From: a virus
IMG/VR virus record: IMGVR_UViG_3300048861_000143
Span: 89,078 to 149,800 of that record
Length of the DNA stretch: 60,723 nt
Strand: one strand, 5' to 3'
Part shown: piece by piece, positions 18,094-28,268 of the stretch
How positions within the stretch are numbered: the stretch's first letter is position 1
Layout: every line of letters starts with the position of its first letter
Notes under the pieces: model-generated
What the model saw: the letters and a program-made list of their open reading frames with translations, nothing else
Database searches by the model: none
Told to the model about the DNA's origin: nothing
Translations under genes and position numbers: made by a program

Positions 18094-18753
18094 ATGGCGG
18101 CTATGCCGCTTGCCGCGATACTAAGCATAGCGCTGCAGATCGATCCGACGTCGGCTCCCGACACGATCGCCGCCATTGCGTGCAAGGAGAGCGGCTTTAG
18201 GAACGCGCGCTGCGCGACGGTCAGCCCCTACGCGATCAGCGACAACTGCGGGGGCCGGTCATTCTTCCCTGACACTGAGGCCCGAGCGATCGCTATTGCA
18301 GCTGAGCTGCTGAGGGCATGCCAGTCCATCGATGTCGGGCCCATGCAGGTCAATAGCCGCAACTGGACGGCTTACGGCCTCACTCTGTCGACCGCCTTTG
18401 ACACAAAGGCGAACATCGCCGCTGGCGTGCGCATCTTAGGGGATGCCTACCAGGCCTGCGGCGGCCGTAATGGCTTGGCGGCCAACCAGAAGGCTGACGT
18501 GCTGGGCTGCTCCCTCAGCCGATACCACACCGGCAAGGATAATGAGGTTGGCCGCGCATACGCAGCGAGCGTGTGGCGGCTGGCGGCGTACGTTCCTTCC
18601 ATCAAAGACCTGCCCGCGCCCGCGCCCGGGTTGAAGGACGTGGCCCATGGGGAGCCTCAGCGTCCCCGTGCGGCTTCAGATACGCCGCATGACGAAGCTC
18701 AGATCGCGCGGGGCTCGGGGCTTATTCAACTGCCAATCACGAGGGACGAATGA
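18094..18753 (+). CDS. virB1: VirB1 lytic transglycosylase
   Basis: AIACKESG, IDVGPMQVNSRN, NIAAGVRIL, LSRYHTG. Confidence 0.85.
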   Translation: MAAMPLAAILSIALQIDPTSAPDTIAAIACKESGFRNARCATVSPYAISDNCGGRSFFPDTEARAIAIAAELLRACQSIDVGPMQVNSRNWTAYGLTLSTAFDTKANIAAGVRILGDAYQACGGRNGLAANQKADVLGCSLSRYHTGKDNEVGRAYAASVWRLAAYVPSIKDLPAPAPGLKDVAHGEPQRPRAASDTPHDEAQIARGSGLIQLPITRDE

Positions 18754-19052
18754 ACGAACGTAGGGTCACAGTTCTTGTGCTTGCCGCAATCCTGATACCT
18801 CAGGCCCTCCCAGCTTTTGCTGGGTCGGTCGATCCGGAGACCGGTCTTGCGAACCTAGTCCAGTACGGACTGACACTGGCCGGGATCATGATTTCAGGGA
18901 TCTTCGTCTGGAAGGGCGTCCACGCTGCCATCGATGGAAGGCACTTCGGCCCGCACATCTTTGGACTTCTTGGTGGTCTCGCCCTCGCCTTCGGTGGCCC
19001 GGCGATCATGCAGCACTACGGCGCCGGCGGCGGCGGCATCCTTTCTCTCTAA
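18750..19052 (+). CDS. virB2: VirB2 pilin
   Basis: Signal peptide plus two hydrophobic helices; position in the operon. Confidence 0.7.
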   Translation: MNERRVTVLVLAAILIPQALPAFAGSVDPETGLANLVQYGLTLAGIMISGIFVWKGVHAAIDGRHFGPHIFGLLGGLALAFGGPAIMQHYGAGGGGILSL

Positions 19053-19073
19053 CCCAAGCCCAAGGAGGCTGAT

Positions 19074-19412
19074 GTGCCAGACTCAAGGGATGAAGTGATT
19101 CGACATCCGGTGCCGCGTGCAATGGCCCGCGCTGCCATGATGTCGGGGCTGAATATCCCTGTCTGGCACATCCTTTGGGTGCTTGGGATACCGGTCCTCT
19201 TTGTCATCGTGTCGCGGAATTTTCTGTGGGTCGCGCTAATCCCAGCGCTGGCTTACGTTTCGCGTGAAATCACTGGAGAGGATGAGTTCCGGGCGCGATG
19301 CGTTGCGCTCGCCATAATAAGCGGCGTCTTTTTCTCGAGGCGGCGGGGTGGGGCGCACGTGGTCCCTGCCCTCCCGCCAAACAAGCGAATTCAGGGTATG
19401 CTCGATGGTTGA
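19074..19412 (+). CDS. virB3: VirB3
   Basis: RAMARAAMMSG.N.P followed by TM segments; lies between the pilin and VirB4. Confidence 0.7.
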   Translation: MPDSRDEVIRHPVPRAMARAAMMSGLNIPVWHILWVLGIPVLFVIVSRNFLWVALIPALAYVSREITGEDEFRARCVALAIISGVFFSRRRGGAHVVPALPPNKRIQGMLDG

Positions 19413-21837
19413 GAAGCGTTTCGCTCCGCTGGTCGGCCCGTGGACCCAGAACACTGGTATCACCGACAAGGGTGGTCTCTACGCGACGTTCCGGGTGTCT
19501 GGGATCAGCGCGGACCTAGCTGCCGGTTCGCAGATCGACCAGGCGCATGCCATCTTCAACGACATCTGCATCAGATTCGGAAAGCGCGACTATGAGTGGT
19601 GGGGGCATTTCACTCGCGTCCGCCAAGCTAGAATGACGCCGCTTCCGGAGTGCTCTGGATGGTTCGCATCACGCTTCGATCAAGCGTACACCGAATGTCT
19701 CGGTAAGAATCTATTCCAGAATGACCTGTGGTTCACCGTCTTTCGGCGCGCGGACGCTGGTCTGAAGTCTGGGCTCAAGGGCCTGTTCCGGGCAAGCCGC
19801 GCAGCGATGCGGTCTAGGAATCCTCTATCTCGCTACCCGGTGCCGTATGCCGAGCGGATGTTCCTTGACGACTTTCAGGACACCGTTGAGCGCATCCATG
19901 GGGCGTTGAATAGCAACTTCGGCTGCCGGCGACTTGGCCTGGAGAAGCGCCATGGTGTGTGGTTCTCGGAGATCGATGAAGCCTACCACATCATCATGAA
20001 CAACTTCGCGCGGCAGATCCCGGTTTCCAGGGGACGGTCGTCCTACAACATCCTGCCGTATGCAACGGACTTTGGGGACCGTGCCCTTAGCTTGTCGCGT
20101 GGGGCGACTTCGCACGTGTTCGCAAGCATGCTCGGCATGCTGAACTATCCCACAGAAGCGCCAGCAACGATGATGGACGCAATGCGGGCAGTCCCGTTCG
20201 GGCTGACGATCACGAACTCCTACGCGTTCCGCCGCCAATCGGTGTCCATTTCGGATCTGACGAAAAAGGTCCGGATGATGACCTCGGGCAATGATCTGGC
20301 AGAGGAAGATCTGAGGGGAGTCGTCGATACCCGCAAGCATGTGGCGGCAAATCGGCAGGTGATGGGTAAGCACCACCTCTCGGTCGCGGTGTTCAGCCAC
20401 GAGAGCCTCGAAGATCTGGACCGCAAGGCCATCGACGCGGAAACTACCCTTTCCAACGCTGGCCTGAACGTCACGCGCGAGGACGAGGGGCTGAAGCCGG
20501 CCTACTACGCTCAGCTACCCGGGAACGCCAGGTGGCGCACTCGCCCCATCCCGATGACCAGCACCGTATTCTGCTCGATGGCCGCTATGCACAACGTGCC
20601 GCGGGGGCAGTTCGAGGGGCGTTGGGGGGCTCCGATCATCAATTTACGGACCACCCAGGACACCGAGTACCCCTTCCACTTCCATGTTCAGGGATCCGCA
20701 CAGATCCCCGCGGAGGATCTCGGTAGCTGCCTGATGATCGGGCCATCCGCGAGTGGCAAGACGACAGCCCTAGGCGCCCTGGCGTTGCTGTCGGAGCGGC
20801 AGGGTGCGCGGGTCGTCATCGTGGACAAAGACTTCGGGCTGGCGCCGCTAATCCATGCCTGCGGCGGGTCCCATGCTGTTCTTGGGGACGGCGAGCCCTG
20901 CCTAGCCCCTCTCCGCGCCCTCCCGAACACGCCAGACGCTGTGAACTACCTCACCAAACTCATCCGCATGCTGATCATGTGGGACAATCAGGGGGAACTC
21001 AGCTCCCAGGAGGAGGAACGGCTTCCTCGGGCGGTGGCGTTGCAGATGCAGCTGCCTCCGAAGATGAGGGAGATGGCAGGTATCGCGGCAATGCTCGGCC
21101 AGAGTGAGGGGGCTGGAGCCCGCGCGAGGCTGCGGAAGTGGTGCCGTGGCGAGCGGCTAGGGTGGGCGCTGGACGGGCTCCAGGATGGGCTGGACACCAG
21201 CAAGCGGATGGTCGGCTACGACACCACGGCGTTGCTGAAGAACGAGGAAGTCTGCAGCCCGATCCTCTCGTACATCTTCTATCGCACCCGGCAGCTGATC
21301 AACGGCCAGCCGATCGTCCTGTTGGCCGACGAGTTCTGGAACCTGGATCGCAATCCGGCCTTTGCCGAGGACAACAACGACCAGCTCAAGACGATCCGTA
21401 AGAACGAAGGGGTCGTTATCTTGGGCACGCAAAGCGCCCGGGATGTGCTGAACAGTGCCAACAGCCACACCTACCGCCAGCAGATACCGACGAAGATCTT
21501 TGCGGCGGATGCATCAGCCTCCCGGGAGGATCTGATCGACGGCCTGGGTCTGACCGAGACCGAGTTCCTGTGGGTAAGGGAGAGGCTCTCGGCGACCGGG
21601 CGGCACCAGTTCCTGGTGAAGAGGCCTAGCGAGTCATTCATCGCTCGGTTCGACCTCAGCCGGAGGCCTGACATGGTGGCTGTGGTCTCGGGCAGGAGGT
21701 CCACCTACGAGCTCATGCTCGACCTCAAGCGAAAGCATGGCGACGAGCCAGAGAAGTGGGTGCCGCATTATCAGCGGCTGGCCCCCCTCGTCGCCAAGAA
21801 CCCTCGGCAACGTTTGGAGGAGGCAGAAGCAGCATGA
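19405..21837 (+). CDS. virB4: VirB4 ATPase
   Basis: AYYAQLPGN, Walker A GPSASGKT, VDKD, LADEFW, TIRKNEG..ILGTQS. Confidence 0.92.
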   Translation: MVEKRFAPLVGPWTQNTGITDKGGLYATFRVSGISADLAAGSQIDQAHAIFNDICIRFGKRDYEWWGHFTRVRQARMTPLPECSGWFASRFDQAYTECLGKNLFQNDLWFTVFRRADAGLKSGLKGLFRASRAAMRSRNPLSRYPVPYAERMFLDDFQDTVERIHGALNSNFGCRRLGLEKRHGVWFSEIDEAYHIIMNNFARQIPVSRGRSSYNILPYATDFGDRALSLSRGATSHVFASMLGMLNYPTEAPATMMDAMRAVPFGLTITNSYAFRRQSVSISDLTKKVRMMTSGNDLAEEDLRGVVDTRKHVAANRQVMGKHHLSVAVFSHESLEDLDRKAIDAETTLSNAGLNVTREDEGLKPAYYAQLPGNARWRTRPIPMTSTVFCSMAAMHNVPRGQFEGRWGAPIINLRTTQDTEYPFHFHVQGSAQIPAEDLGSCLMIGPSASGKTTALGALALLSERQGARVVIVDKDFGLAPLIHACGGSHAVLGDGEPCLAPLRALPNTPDAVNYLTKLIRMLIMWDNQGELSSQEEERLPRAVALQMQLPPKMREMAGIAAMLGQSEGAGARARLRKWCRGERLGWALDGLQDGLDTSKRMVGYDTTALLKNEEVCSPILSYIFYRTRQLINGQPIVLLADEFWNLDRNPAFAEDNNDQLKTIRKNEGVVILGTQSARDVLNSANSHTYRQQIPTKIFAADASASREDLIDGLGLTETEFLWVRERLSATGRHQFLVKRPSESFIARFDLSRRPDMVAVVSGRRSTYELMLDLKRKHGDEPEKWVPHYQRLAPLVAKNPRQRLEEAEAA

Positions 21838-22607
21838 AGAAGCTCGGTTTGTATGTGGGGGTCGCGCTCGCCATCAGTGCCAGTTCGGCGCACGCGCAAA
21901 TGGCAGTCTTCGATGCAACTCTGAACAGCACCGGTCTCGGAACGCTGGTCAAGGAAGGCATGACTGCCGTCAACACGGCAGAGACGGTCCTCAACACTGC
22001 GGCGACCGTGAACAGCGTCATGCACGGCAACTTCATGGCGCTTGACCGCTTGGCTCCCGGCCTGATGACCAGCGAACTACTCCAGCCGCTTGGGTTGGAC
22101 TCAGGAGCGCTCGCGAACACGCTGGGCGGCGCTGAGCAGCTGGGCCAACTCGGGGGCAAGATCAGCGGCCTATACCAGCAGGCCCAGGGTATGACGAACT
22201 ACTATGTCCCGAACGGTAGCGACTTCCGGTCGATGCTGAACATGAGCACGGCGCGCTCGATCGCCGGGCAGCTCGCGCTGAGCAAGCAGATGATGGACTC
22301 TACAGCTGAGCGGCAGCAGATGATCCCCGGTCTGCTTTCCGCGACTGCGGCCACGCGCGACGTCAAGGACGCGGTTGACGCCGGCACAACGGTAGCTGGG
22401 CAGCAGCTCGCGCAGACCTCCCAGACCAATCAGTTGCTGGCCCTGCAGCTCTACTCCCAAGCGGAAGAGCGGCGCGAGCGCGCGGTCCAGGATCAGGCTT
22501 GGATGCAGGGGGCGGACACGCTCTATGCAACGGCAAAAGCGGCTGCGAACCGAGCAGCCAGCGGACAGGTGGAGTTGGTGAGCGATGATGTCACTCAGGC
22601 TCAGTAA
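21834..22607 (+). CDS. virB5: VirB5/TrbJ-like minor pilin
   Basis: Signal peptide ending AHAQMAVFD; Gln-rich helical body; position. Confidence 0.7.
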   Translation: MKKLGLYVGVALAISASSAHAQMAVFDATLNSTGLGTLVKEGMTAVNTAETVLNTAATVNSVMHGNFMALDRLAPGLMTSELLQPLGLDSGALANTLGGAEQLGQLGGKISGLYQQAQGMTNYYVPNGSDFRSMLNMSTARSIAGQLALSKQMMDSTAERQQMIPGLLSATAATRDVKDAVDAGTTVAGQQLAQTSQTNQLLALQLYSQAEERRERAVQDQAWMQGADTLYATAKAAANRAASGQVELVSDDVTQAQ

Positions 22608-22986
22608 AGCACTTTGGGCTGCCGCTATCCTGACTGGGGTGGCAGCAAGCGCATCGGCGCAGGATGGCCCTCGTTCGGTGGCGTGGTTCATAACTCATCC
22701 GTCTGACCTGCAGACCATGAGTGCATGCCGTGCCGGATCGCGCACGGTCGCGGAAGTCGAGTGTCAGAACGCCCGTGCGGCTTCGTATTGGCTGGTCGAG
22801 GCGTCCGCGAAGAGCAAGGCGCACGCCCGGGAGTTTAGCGCGGCGAGCATTCACAGCCCGTCCTACTTCACTCAATTCCCCATCGCCCGGGCCGCGGTTC
22901 TCCGCGAGTGCGCCAATCCGAGCAGTCAAATCGGTCCGACCAGAAGTGAGTGCAGGGCCGCACAGATGGCGGAGAACCTCCGGTGA
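22585..22986 (+). CDS. EexN-like entry exclusion protein with a duplicated domain
   Basis: RSVAWFITHP...C...ECQNARAA and a second copy SPSYFTQFP...C...ECRAAQMA; lies between virB5 and virB6. Confidence 0.6.
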   Translation: MMSLRLSKALWAAAILTGVAASASAQDGPRSVAWFITHPSDLQTMSACRAGSRTVAEVECQNARAASYWLVEASAKSKAHAREFSAASIHSPSYFTQFPIARAAVLRECANPSSQIGPTRSECRAAQMAENLR

Positions 22987-24017
22987 TTTCGCCTATCGGA
23001 AGTTGGCTAGCCAACATGGACGCTATGATGACGACGTCCATGGACGTGAGCATCGGCGGCCTGGTCGACTATGCTCTTCGTCCGATGCTTCTGTGCGTCT
23101 CGGTCTACTACATCATCGAAGGCATAAAGCTCGCCCAGGGCCAGGCAAAAAGCGCTGGAGAGTACATCCTTGAGCTGGCGAAGATCGGCTTCGCGTTATG
23201 GATAGCCACCAATCAGGACGTCTACACGCGGGTCGTGAGGGACTTCTTCTACGAGGGGATCCCGACCGCGCTAGGAACAGCTGTCGTCGCGAGAGGCGGC
23301 GCTGGGGCGTTCGTCGCGGGAGGAGTCAAGGGAACGGCGGCCGTGTTCGATCAGGTGTGGGACCTGATGATCGCTGCGTGCGCGAACGTTCTGCGCGGCG
23401 CCTCGATGTGGGACTTCGGGCCCCAGCTGGCTGTGATCCTGACCGAGATCGGCAGCGGCATTGCCTTGATCGCTATGGCTCTAGTCTACCTGTTCGGCCG
23501 CTTCATCCTGTCGGTCGTGCTGGTGCTCGGGGTGATCGCGATTGCTCTTTACCCGATCCCAGCAACCTCTCAGATCCTCGAGCGCTGGCTGGGGAAGGTC
23601 ACCTCTCTCCTCTTCCTCCAAGTGGCGGTGGTGGTTGTCGTCCAGCTCGTACTCACCGGCGACCAGCAGTTCATGGATCACATGACGCAGCCGGGGACTG
23701 GCCTCCCCATGATGATCCAGGGCTTGCTGAGCATGGTGGTCTGGTTCTGCATGGGCGCTTTCGCAATGTATGCCCTACCAGCGGTCGCTTACTCGCTCGG
23801 GACGGGCGTCACATCCAGCGCCTTGCCGGCGGTAGCCGCGCTCTTCGGAATGGGCAGTTTGGCGGGCCGGGCGCTGGAGAAGATCCCGCCGTTTCCCGGC
23901 ATGGGGGGCGGCGCGGGGAAATACGAGCTCGCTTTGGCTAGATCAGAGGTCGGCGGCAGTAGGGCGGCAGCACTGCCGCCCCCGCCCCCGCCGGCGATCT
24001 CTGCGACATACCACTAG
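22983..24017 (+). CDS. virB6: VirB6
   Basis: Polytopic membrane protein with P.T..ILERWLG motif; position. Confidence 0.8.
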   Translation: MISPIGSWLANMDAMMTTSMDVSIGGLVDYALRPMLLCVSVYYIIEGIKLAQGQAKSAGEYILELAKIGFALWIATNQDVYTRVVRDFFYEGIPTALGTAVVARGGAGAFVAGGVKGTAAVFDQVWDLMIAACANVLRGASMWDFGPQLAVILTEIGSGIALIAMALVYLFGRFILSVVLVLGVIAIALYPIPATSQILERWLGKVTSLLFLQVAVVVVVQLVLTGDQQFMDHMTQPGTGLPMMIQGLLSMVVWFCMGAFAMYALPAVAYSLGTGVTSSALPAVAALFGMGSLAGRALEKIPPFPGMGGGAGKYELALARSEVGGSRAAALPPPPPPAISATYH

Positions 24018-24026
24018 GGAGAAGTC

Positions 24027-24221
24027 ATGCGGAAAGCGATTGTCGCGCTGGCCCTCGCGCTGGCGTTGGGAGCGTGCGCCTCCGACAAATATGGGGCGGC
24101 TCCAATGCCAACAGGACCACTCACACCTGCCAACGAGGATCCAGTCATCACTGCTCCGCAACCGGCTCCAAAGGCGGCGGTGCAGCCCTCAGAATTCCGG
24201 ACGTCGGTTCTGTATCAATGA
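24027..24221 (+). CDS. virB7: VirB7-like lipoprotein
   Basis: Lipobox LGAC, P.P.GP..P.N; lies between virB6 and virB8. Confidence 0.65.
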   Translation: MRKAIVALALALALGACASDKYGAAPMPTGPLTPANEDPVITAPQPAPKAAVQPSEFRTSVLYQ

Positions 24222-24970
24222 ACGACATGGTCGAGATGGTGCCTCCCTCTGCGCTGGTTGAGCGTGGCGAGGCAAGCGACGAAATCAGGGAGATCCTGGC
24301 TGAGAACCAGCGGCAGGAAAACCGGCGTTGGTGGTGGGACCTAACAAAGAACGTCGCGCCATGGGCCTGTGCCGCGGTGTTCGGATGCTACGCGCTCGGC
24401 GCCGGCATCATCATGCATGATCGGCCGGTTCCGCGGGACCGGGTTTACTTGGCGGGCTTCAGTGCTGACGGCACCTATACGGTGACGGAGAAAGACGACC
24501 TGAGCGTCGGGCTCAAGGAAACGGTTCGCCGTTCCACCGTCATCAGGTTCGTCCAGTCGTTCATGGCCTACGCCTGGCGCCATAATCAGTCCGACTATCA
24601 CATCGTCTCAGTGATGACCGCTGGCGAAGCGTTGCAAGCTCAGTATCAGAAAGAGTTCAAGGACTCCGAGCCCAACAATCGAGACAAGCGCCTCGGGCCA
24701 AACGTCACGCAAGATGTTCCTGCCATCGAGGTGTTCAGGCCCAAGGCGGCACCGAACGCGGCTGATGTGAGCTTCCTGGTCCGCACGCGTAGAGCGGATG
24801 GAAGCGCCGTGTGTCAGCACTTCCAGGGGCGGATCACGTTCCGGGAAGACAAGGCTGACCTAATCCCGATCGGCGAGCGCGTCGGGTTCGATCCACTCGG
24901 CATCATCTTCGTGTCCTTCGACAAGTGGGTCGACCCGCTGAATCCGCGAGAGGTTCCATGCAACACATGA
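24218..24970 (+). CDS. virB8: VirB8
   Basis: Single TM, DY..V..M, C-terminal DPLGIIFVSF (NPLG-like). Confidence 0.72.
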   Translation: MNDMVEMVPPSALVERGEASDEIREILAENQRQENRRWWWDLTKNVAPWACAAVFGCYALGAGIIMHDRPVPRDRVYLAGFSADGTYTVTEKDDLSVGLKETVRRSTVIRFVQSFMAYAWRHNQSDYHIVSVMTAGEALQAQYQKEFKDSEPNNRDKRLGPNVTQDVPAIEVFRPKAAPNAADVSFLVRTRRADGSAVCQHFQGRITFREDKADLIPIGERVGFDPLGIIFVSFDKWVDPLNPREVPCNT

Positions 24971-25899
24971 AAATCATTGCTGCTGCTCTGCTCGCTACAA
25001 CCATGCTGGCGGGAGCGGCACGCGCCGACACGGCGCCTGCTAGCGCGCCCGATCCGCATGAGCCTACTCCAGGGAAGGAAGACTCGCGCATCCGGACGTT
25101 CAAGTTCAGCACGCTCGTCCCTATGCGCGTGACGGCGACAGACCTGAACCCAGTCAGGATAGTGTTTCGGCCCGGCGAATCGGTTGTGAATGCCGTAGGG
25201 ACGAACGTCGAGACGGATCAGAAGAAGGCAAAATCGGGCTGGTACGCTGACATCATCAGCAATTCGATCGTGATGCAGCCCCTCGCCAAGGGCCTCCCCA
25301 CCAGCATCATGTATCTGACCACCGCCTATGAAGGCAGGCCTTACCAGATGGTTGTGGAGCTGCGGCAAAGACCCGGCAGCATCGACGACCCCGAAGACAA
25401 GGGGGCCTATGTCGAAATCCAGATGGTTTATCCGAAAGAACCGTCGCCGGCCGCCGTCGCCGCGGCGAGCATTAGGTCATCCGAGATCAAGGCCCAGAAG
25501 ATCGGGACGAGGTTTGCCCAGGCTCAGAACGAAGCGCCGAAAAACTGGAACTACGACAAGCAAGGCGAAAGCTGCGTTTACCTGATCCCGCACCACACTC
25601 GCTGGGTGTCAGACGATGGCCAGTCCACGTACATGGTGTTCCCGTCTCGGATGCCCCGCCCGGTCATGAGCGTGTTCTACCCCGGCGATCAGGACCCCAC
25701 CGTTGTGACGCCCACGGGCGTGACTGTTCAAGGCGGGCAGACGCAGTACGTTCTGCCGAACGTCTATCCCAAGATCCTTCTGACCCGCGGGCAGAAGTCC
25801 TGCGCGTTGTACAACGAAGCCTACTCTCAGGACGGGGCCGACCCTGGGACTGGAACGACATCGCCTAACGTCCTTTTGGTCCGAAACAGGGGGGAATGA
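24967..25899 (+). CDS. virB9: VirB9
   Basis: Signal peptide, DSRIRTF, I.F.PGE.V, NWNY, VSDDGQSTY..FP. Confidence 0.8.
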   Translation: MKIIAAALLATTMLAGAARADTAPASAPDPHEPTPGKEDSRIRTFKFSTLVPMRVTATDLNPVRIVFRPGESVVNAVGTNVETDQKKAKSGWYADIISNSIVMQPLAKGLPTSIMYLTTAYEGRPYQMVVELRQRPGSIDDPEDKGAYVEIQMVYPKEPSPAAVAAASIRSSEIKAQKIGTRFAQAQNEAPKNWNYDKQGESCVYLIPHHTRWVSDDGQSTYMVFPSRMPRPVMSVFYPGDQDPTVVTPTGVTVQGGQTQYVLPNVYPKILLTRGQKSCALYNEAYSQDGADPGTGTTSPNVLLVRNRGE

Positions 25900-25903
25900 C
25901 AGC

Positions 25904-27007
25904 GTGAGTGCAACTCAGCAGCGCTTTTCGCCGGTGGCCCGAGGGCGGTCTGGAACGCCGCTGTGGGTAAAAGTCGCCGCCGTGGCGTTGGTGGTGTTGT
26001 TGATGCTCGCATTCGGGTACTGGTTCTTTCTCGCGCCAAACGCTCCGGTCGAGATTGCATCCGACCAGCCACGTCAGTCTTTCGATTTGGGTGCGCAGCT
26101 GAGAGAGCCGACCGCACCGCCAGCGTCGGTGGCGCACAGCGAGCCTCCGAAGACGCAAACTGATCCGAAGCCCAAGCCGGACATGCCACCTCCGAGCGGC
26201 CAGAACTCAGATCCCGGAGTGGCCCCAGTCTCGAGCTACGTCAATCCGAAGGCCGAGCAATTGCTGTGGGCCGTTGAGCAGAAGCCAGGCTCCCCAGGGA
26301 CGGACGGAAAGCCATCATCAGACGGAGCAGATGGAAAACAGGACTCGGCTTACGCCCAGTCGATGCAGACCACGCGCGTCGCTGACACGAAGCCGAAGTT
26401 CCGTCGGTTCCCGCCGAGCTTCACGCTCAGGAAGGGCGAGCTGATCTCATGCACCCCGCCGATGCCCATCGATACCCAGTTGCCTGGACCGCTCTACTGC
26501 TTGGTGGATTACGACGTCCCCAGCATGGACAACAACAACAAGAGGCTTCTCCCCGCAGGGACCCAGATTAATTTGCAGATCGAGCGGGGGCTTGGTCTTG
26601 GGCAGGACCGCGCGGTCATTGTGGCAACCGACGCCCTTACGCCTGGGCCGGACTTCCTGCCCATCCCACTCGATGGGGCGCTCGGGGCTGGCCCAAATGG
26701 TCAGAACGGTGTGCCTGTGGATGTGAACGAGCACACCTGGCAGCGCCTCAAGCAGGCGGCAATGCTCGCCGGAGTGGAGAACGGAAGCTCGATCCTCCAG
26801 TCGGCTTTGTCGCACGGCAACAACGGGAACACCTATTTTGGATCGGTCGGGAACTCTACCCAGAGCTTGGCGAGCATAGCCTTTCAGCACGACATCAACA
26901 TCCCAGTCACAGGATACCGAGGGCCAGGCTATCCGATCACCATCTACGTCAACCACTACATCGACCTCTCCAATTTCTATCGCAACGAACTAGCCGGAGG
27001 CCGCTGA
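25904..27007 (+). CDS. virB10: VirB10
   Basis: TM plus Pro-rich linker, L.KG..I.C...IDTQLPG, LLPAGT, GQNG, NIP.T...PG..I.IYV. Confidence 0.85.
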   Translation: MSATQQRFSPVARGRSGTPLWVKVAAVALVVLLMLAFGYWFFLAPNAPVEIASDQPRQSFDLGAQLREPTAPPASVAHSEPPKTQTDPKPKPDMPPPSGQNSDPGVAPVSSYVNPKAEQLLWAVEQKPGSPGTDGKPSSDGADGKQDSAYAQSMQTTRVADTKPKFRRFPPSFTLRKGELISCTPPMPIDTQLPGPLYCLVDYDVPSMDNNNKRLLPAGTQINLQIERGLGLGQDRAVIVATDALTPGPDFLPIPLDGALGAGPNGQNGVPVDVNEHTWQRLKQAAMLAGVENGSSILQSALSHGNNGNTYFGSVGNSTQSLASIAFQHDINIPVTGYRGPGYPITIYVNHYIDLSNFYRNELAGGR

Positions 27008-28062
27008 TGCGCGAAAAGGAAGCTCTCGAGAGCCTCATCAAGCACATGCTCACGCCCGTGCAGGAGATTCTCGATCATCCGGAGATGACCGACTTCCACA
27101 TCAACGGGGTTGGAGAAAAGAAAACGTTCATCGACATCGGTAGGGGGATGGAGCAGATCACTCTCCCTTACACGTTCCGTGACCTCGAGGATCTAGCAGT
27201 CGCTGCTGCGGCCTACACGCACCAGGACATCACAGCGACCAATCCGCTGGTCGGGACCAGGTTGCCTGGGAACCACCGTGTGACGATTGCGATGCCCTCT
27301 GCAACGATGGATGGCACGATCGTTTTTTCGATCAGGAAGCCGAAGGCTGTAACCGGCACACCTGACGATCTGGAAAGGACCGGGGTCTTCGACAACACGA
27401 AGCGTGCTGGGTCAACTGACGATGGCGTCCGGAGGGAGATGGAGAAGCTCTACAAGGAAGGGCGATTCCGGCTGCTGATCGAGGCGGCGATTGGGGCCGG
27501 CATGAACGTCGTGTTCTCTGGGTCCGTCGGGACTGGGAAGACGCACAACATGCGATTCTTCACAGATGCAATTCCCAAGACATCAAGGATCGTGACGGTG
27601 GAGGATACGCACGAGCTGGTAAACATGCCTCACCCTAACATCGTCCATCTCTTCTACTCGAAGGGAGGTCAGAGCGCGGCAAATATCAAGGCGGAGGACT
27701 TGGTCGAGGCGGGGATGCGGTTGGGGATGAACTGGATCATCAATCAAGAGCTGCGCGATGAGGCGGCCTACTCATATCTCTACGTGCTCGAGTCAGGACA
27801 CTCCGGCATGACCTCAGTCCATGCCGGCAGCGCGCAACAGACCAGAGATCGCATCCGCGGCTTGGTGAAGAAGCATCCTCGCGGCATGCACATGGCCGAC
27901 GCGGACATCATGGCATCCTTATACCGCTCCATCGATGTCATCGCGTATTGCGTGAGGGACGGAGATAACCGTCGCTACATCAAGGAGGTTCTCTACGATC
28001 CGGAACTCAAGGATCGATACTCCAGCGCTCCAACGGTTTTTCACGAGAGGGAAGCAGCATGA
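27007..28062 (+). CDS. virB11: VirB11 ATPase
   Basis: SIRKP, Walker A GSVGTGKT, VTVEDTHEL, ELRD, SGHSG.TSVHA. Confidence 0.9.
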   Translation: MREKEALESLIKHMLTPVQEILDHPEMTDFHINGVGEKKTFIDIGRGMEQITLPYTFRDLEDLAVAAAAYTHQDITATNPLVGTRLPGNHRVTIAMPSATMDGTIVFSIRKPKAVTGTPDDLERTGVFDNTKRAGSTDDGVRREMEKLYKEGRFRLLIEAAIGAGMNVVFSGSVGTGKTHNMRFFTDAIPKTSRIVTVEDTHELVNMPHPNIVHLFYSKGGQSAANIKAEDLVEAGMRLGMNWIINQELRDEAAYSYLYVLESGHSGMTSVHAGSAQQTRDRIRGLVKKHPRGMHMADADIMASLYRSIDVIAYCVRDGDNRRYIKEVLYDPELKDRYSSAPTVFHEREAA

Positions 28063-28268
28063 AGAACGCTATCGTTGGCTTGGCCTTGCTTGGGATCATC
28101 GTGTTCAACCTTCCACGGTTCGCCGACGAAGCGAGCCCTGGCCTGACCGAGATAATCGTTGTGGCGGTGTTTGCCCTTCCATTCCTCGCGTTCATCTGGA
28201 TGATCTGCCGATTCAATAGGTGGCATCGCGGGTTTCATCATCGGATGAAAACCGAAGGGTTCCGCTGA
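28059..28268 (+). CDS. small two-TM membrane protein
   Basis: Translationally coupled to both virB11 and virD4. Confidence 0.55.
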   Translation: MKNAIVGLALLGIIVFNLPRFADEASPGLTEIIVVAVFALPFLAFIWMICRFNRWHRGFHHRMKTEGFR

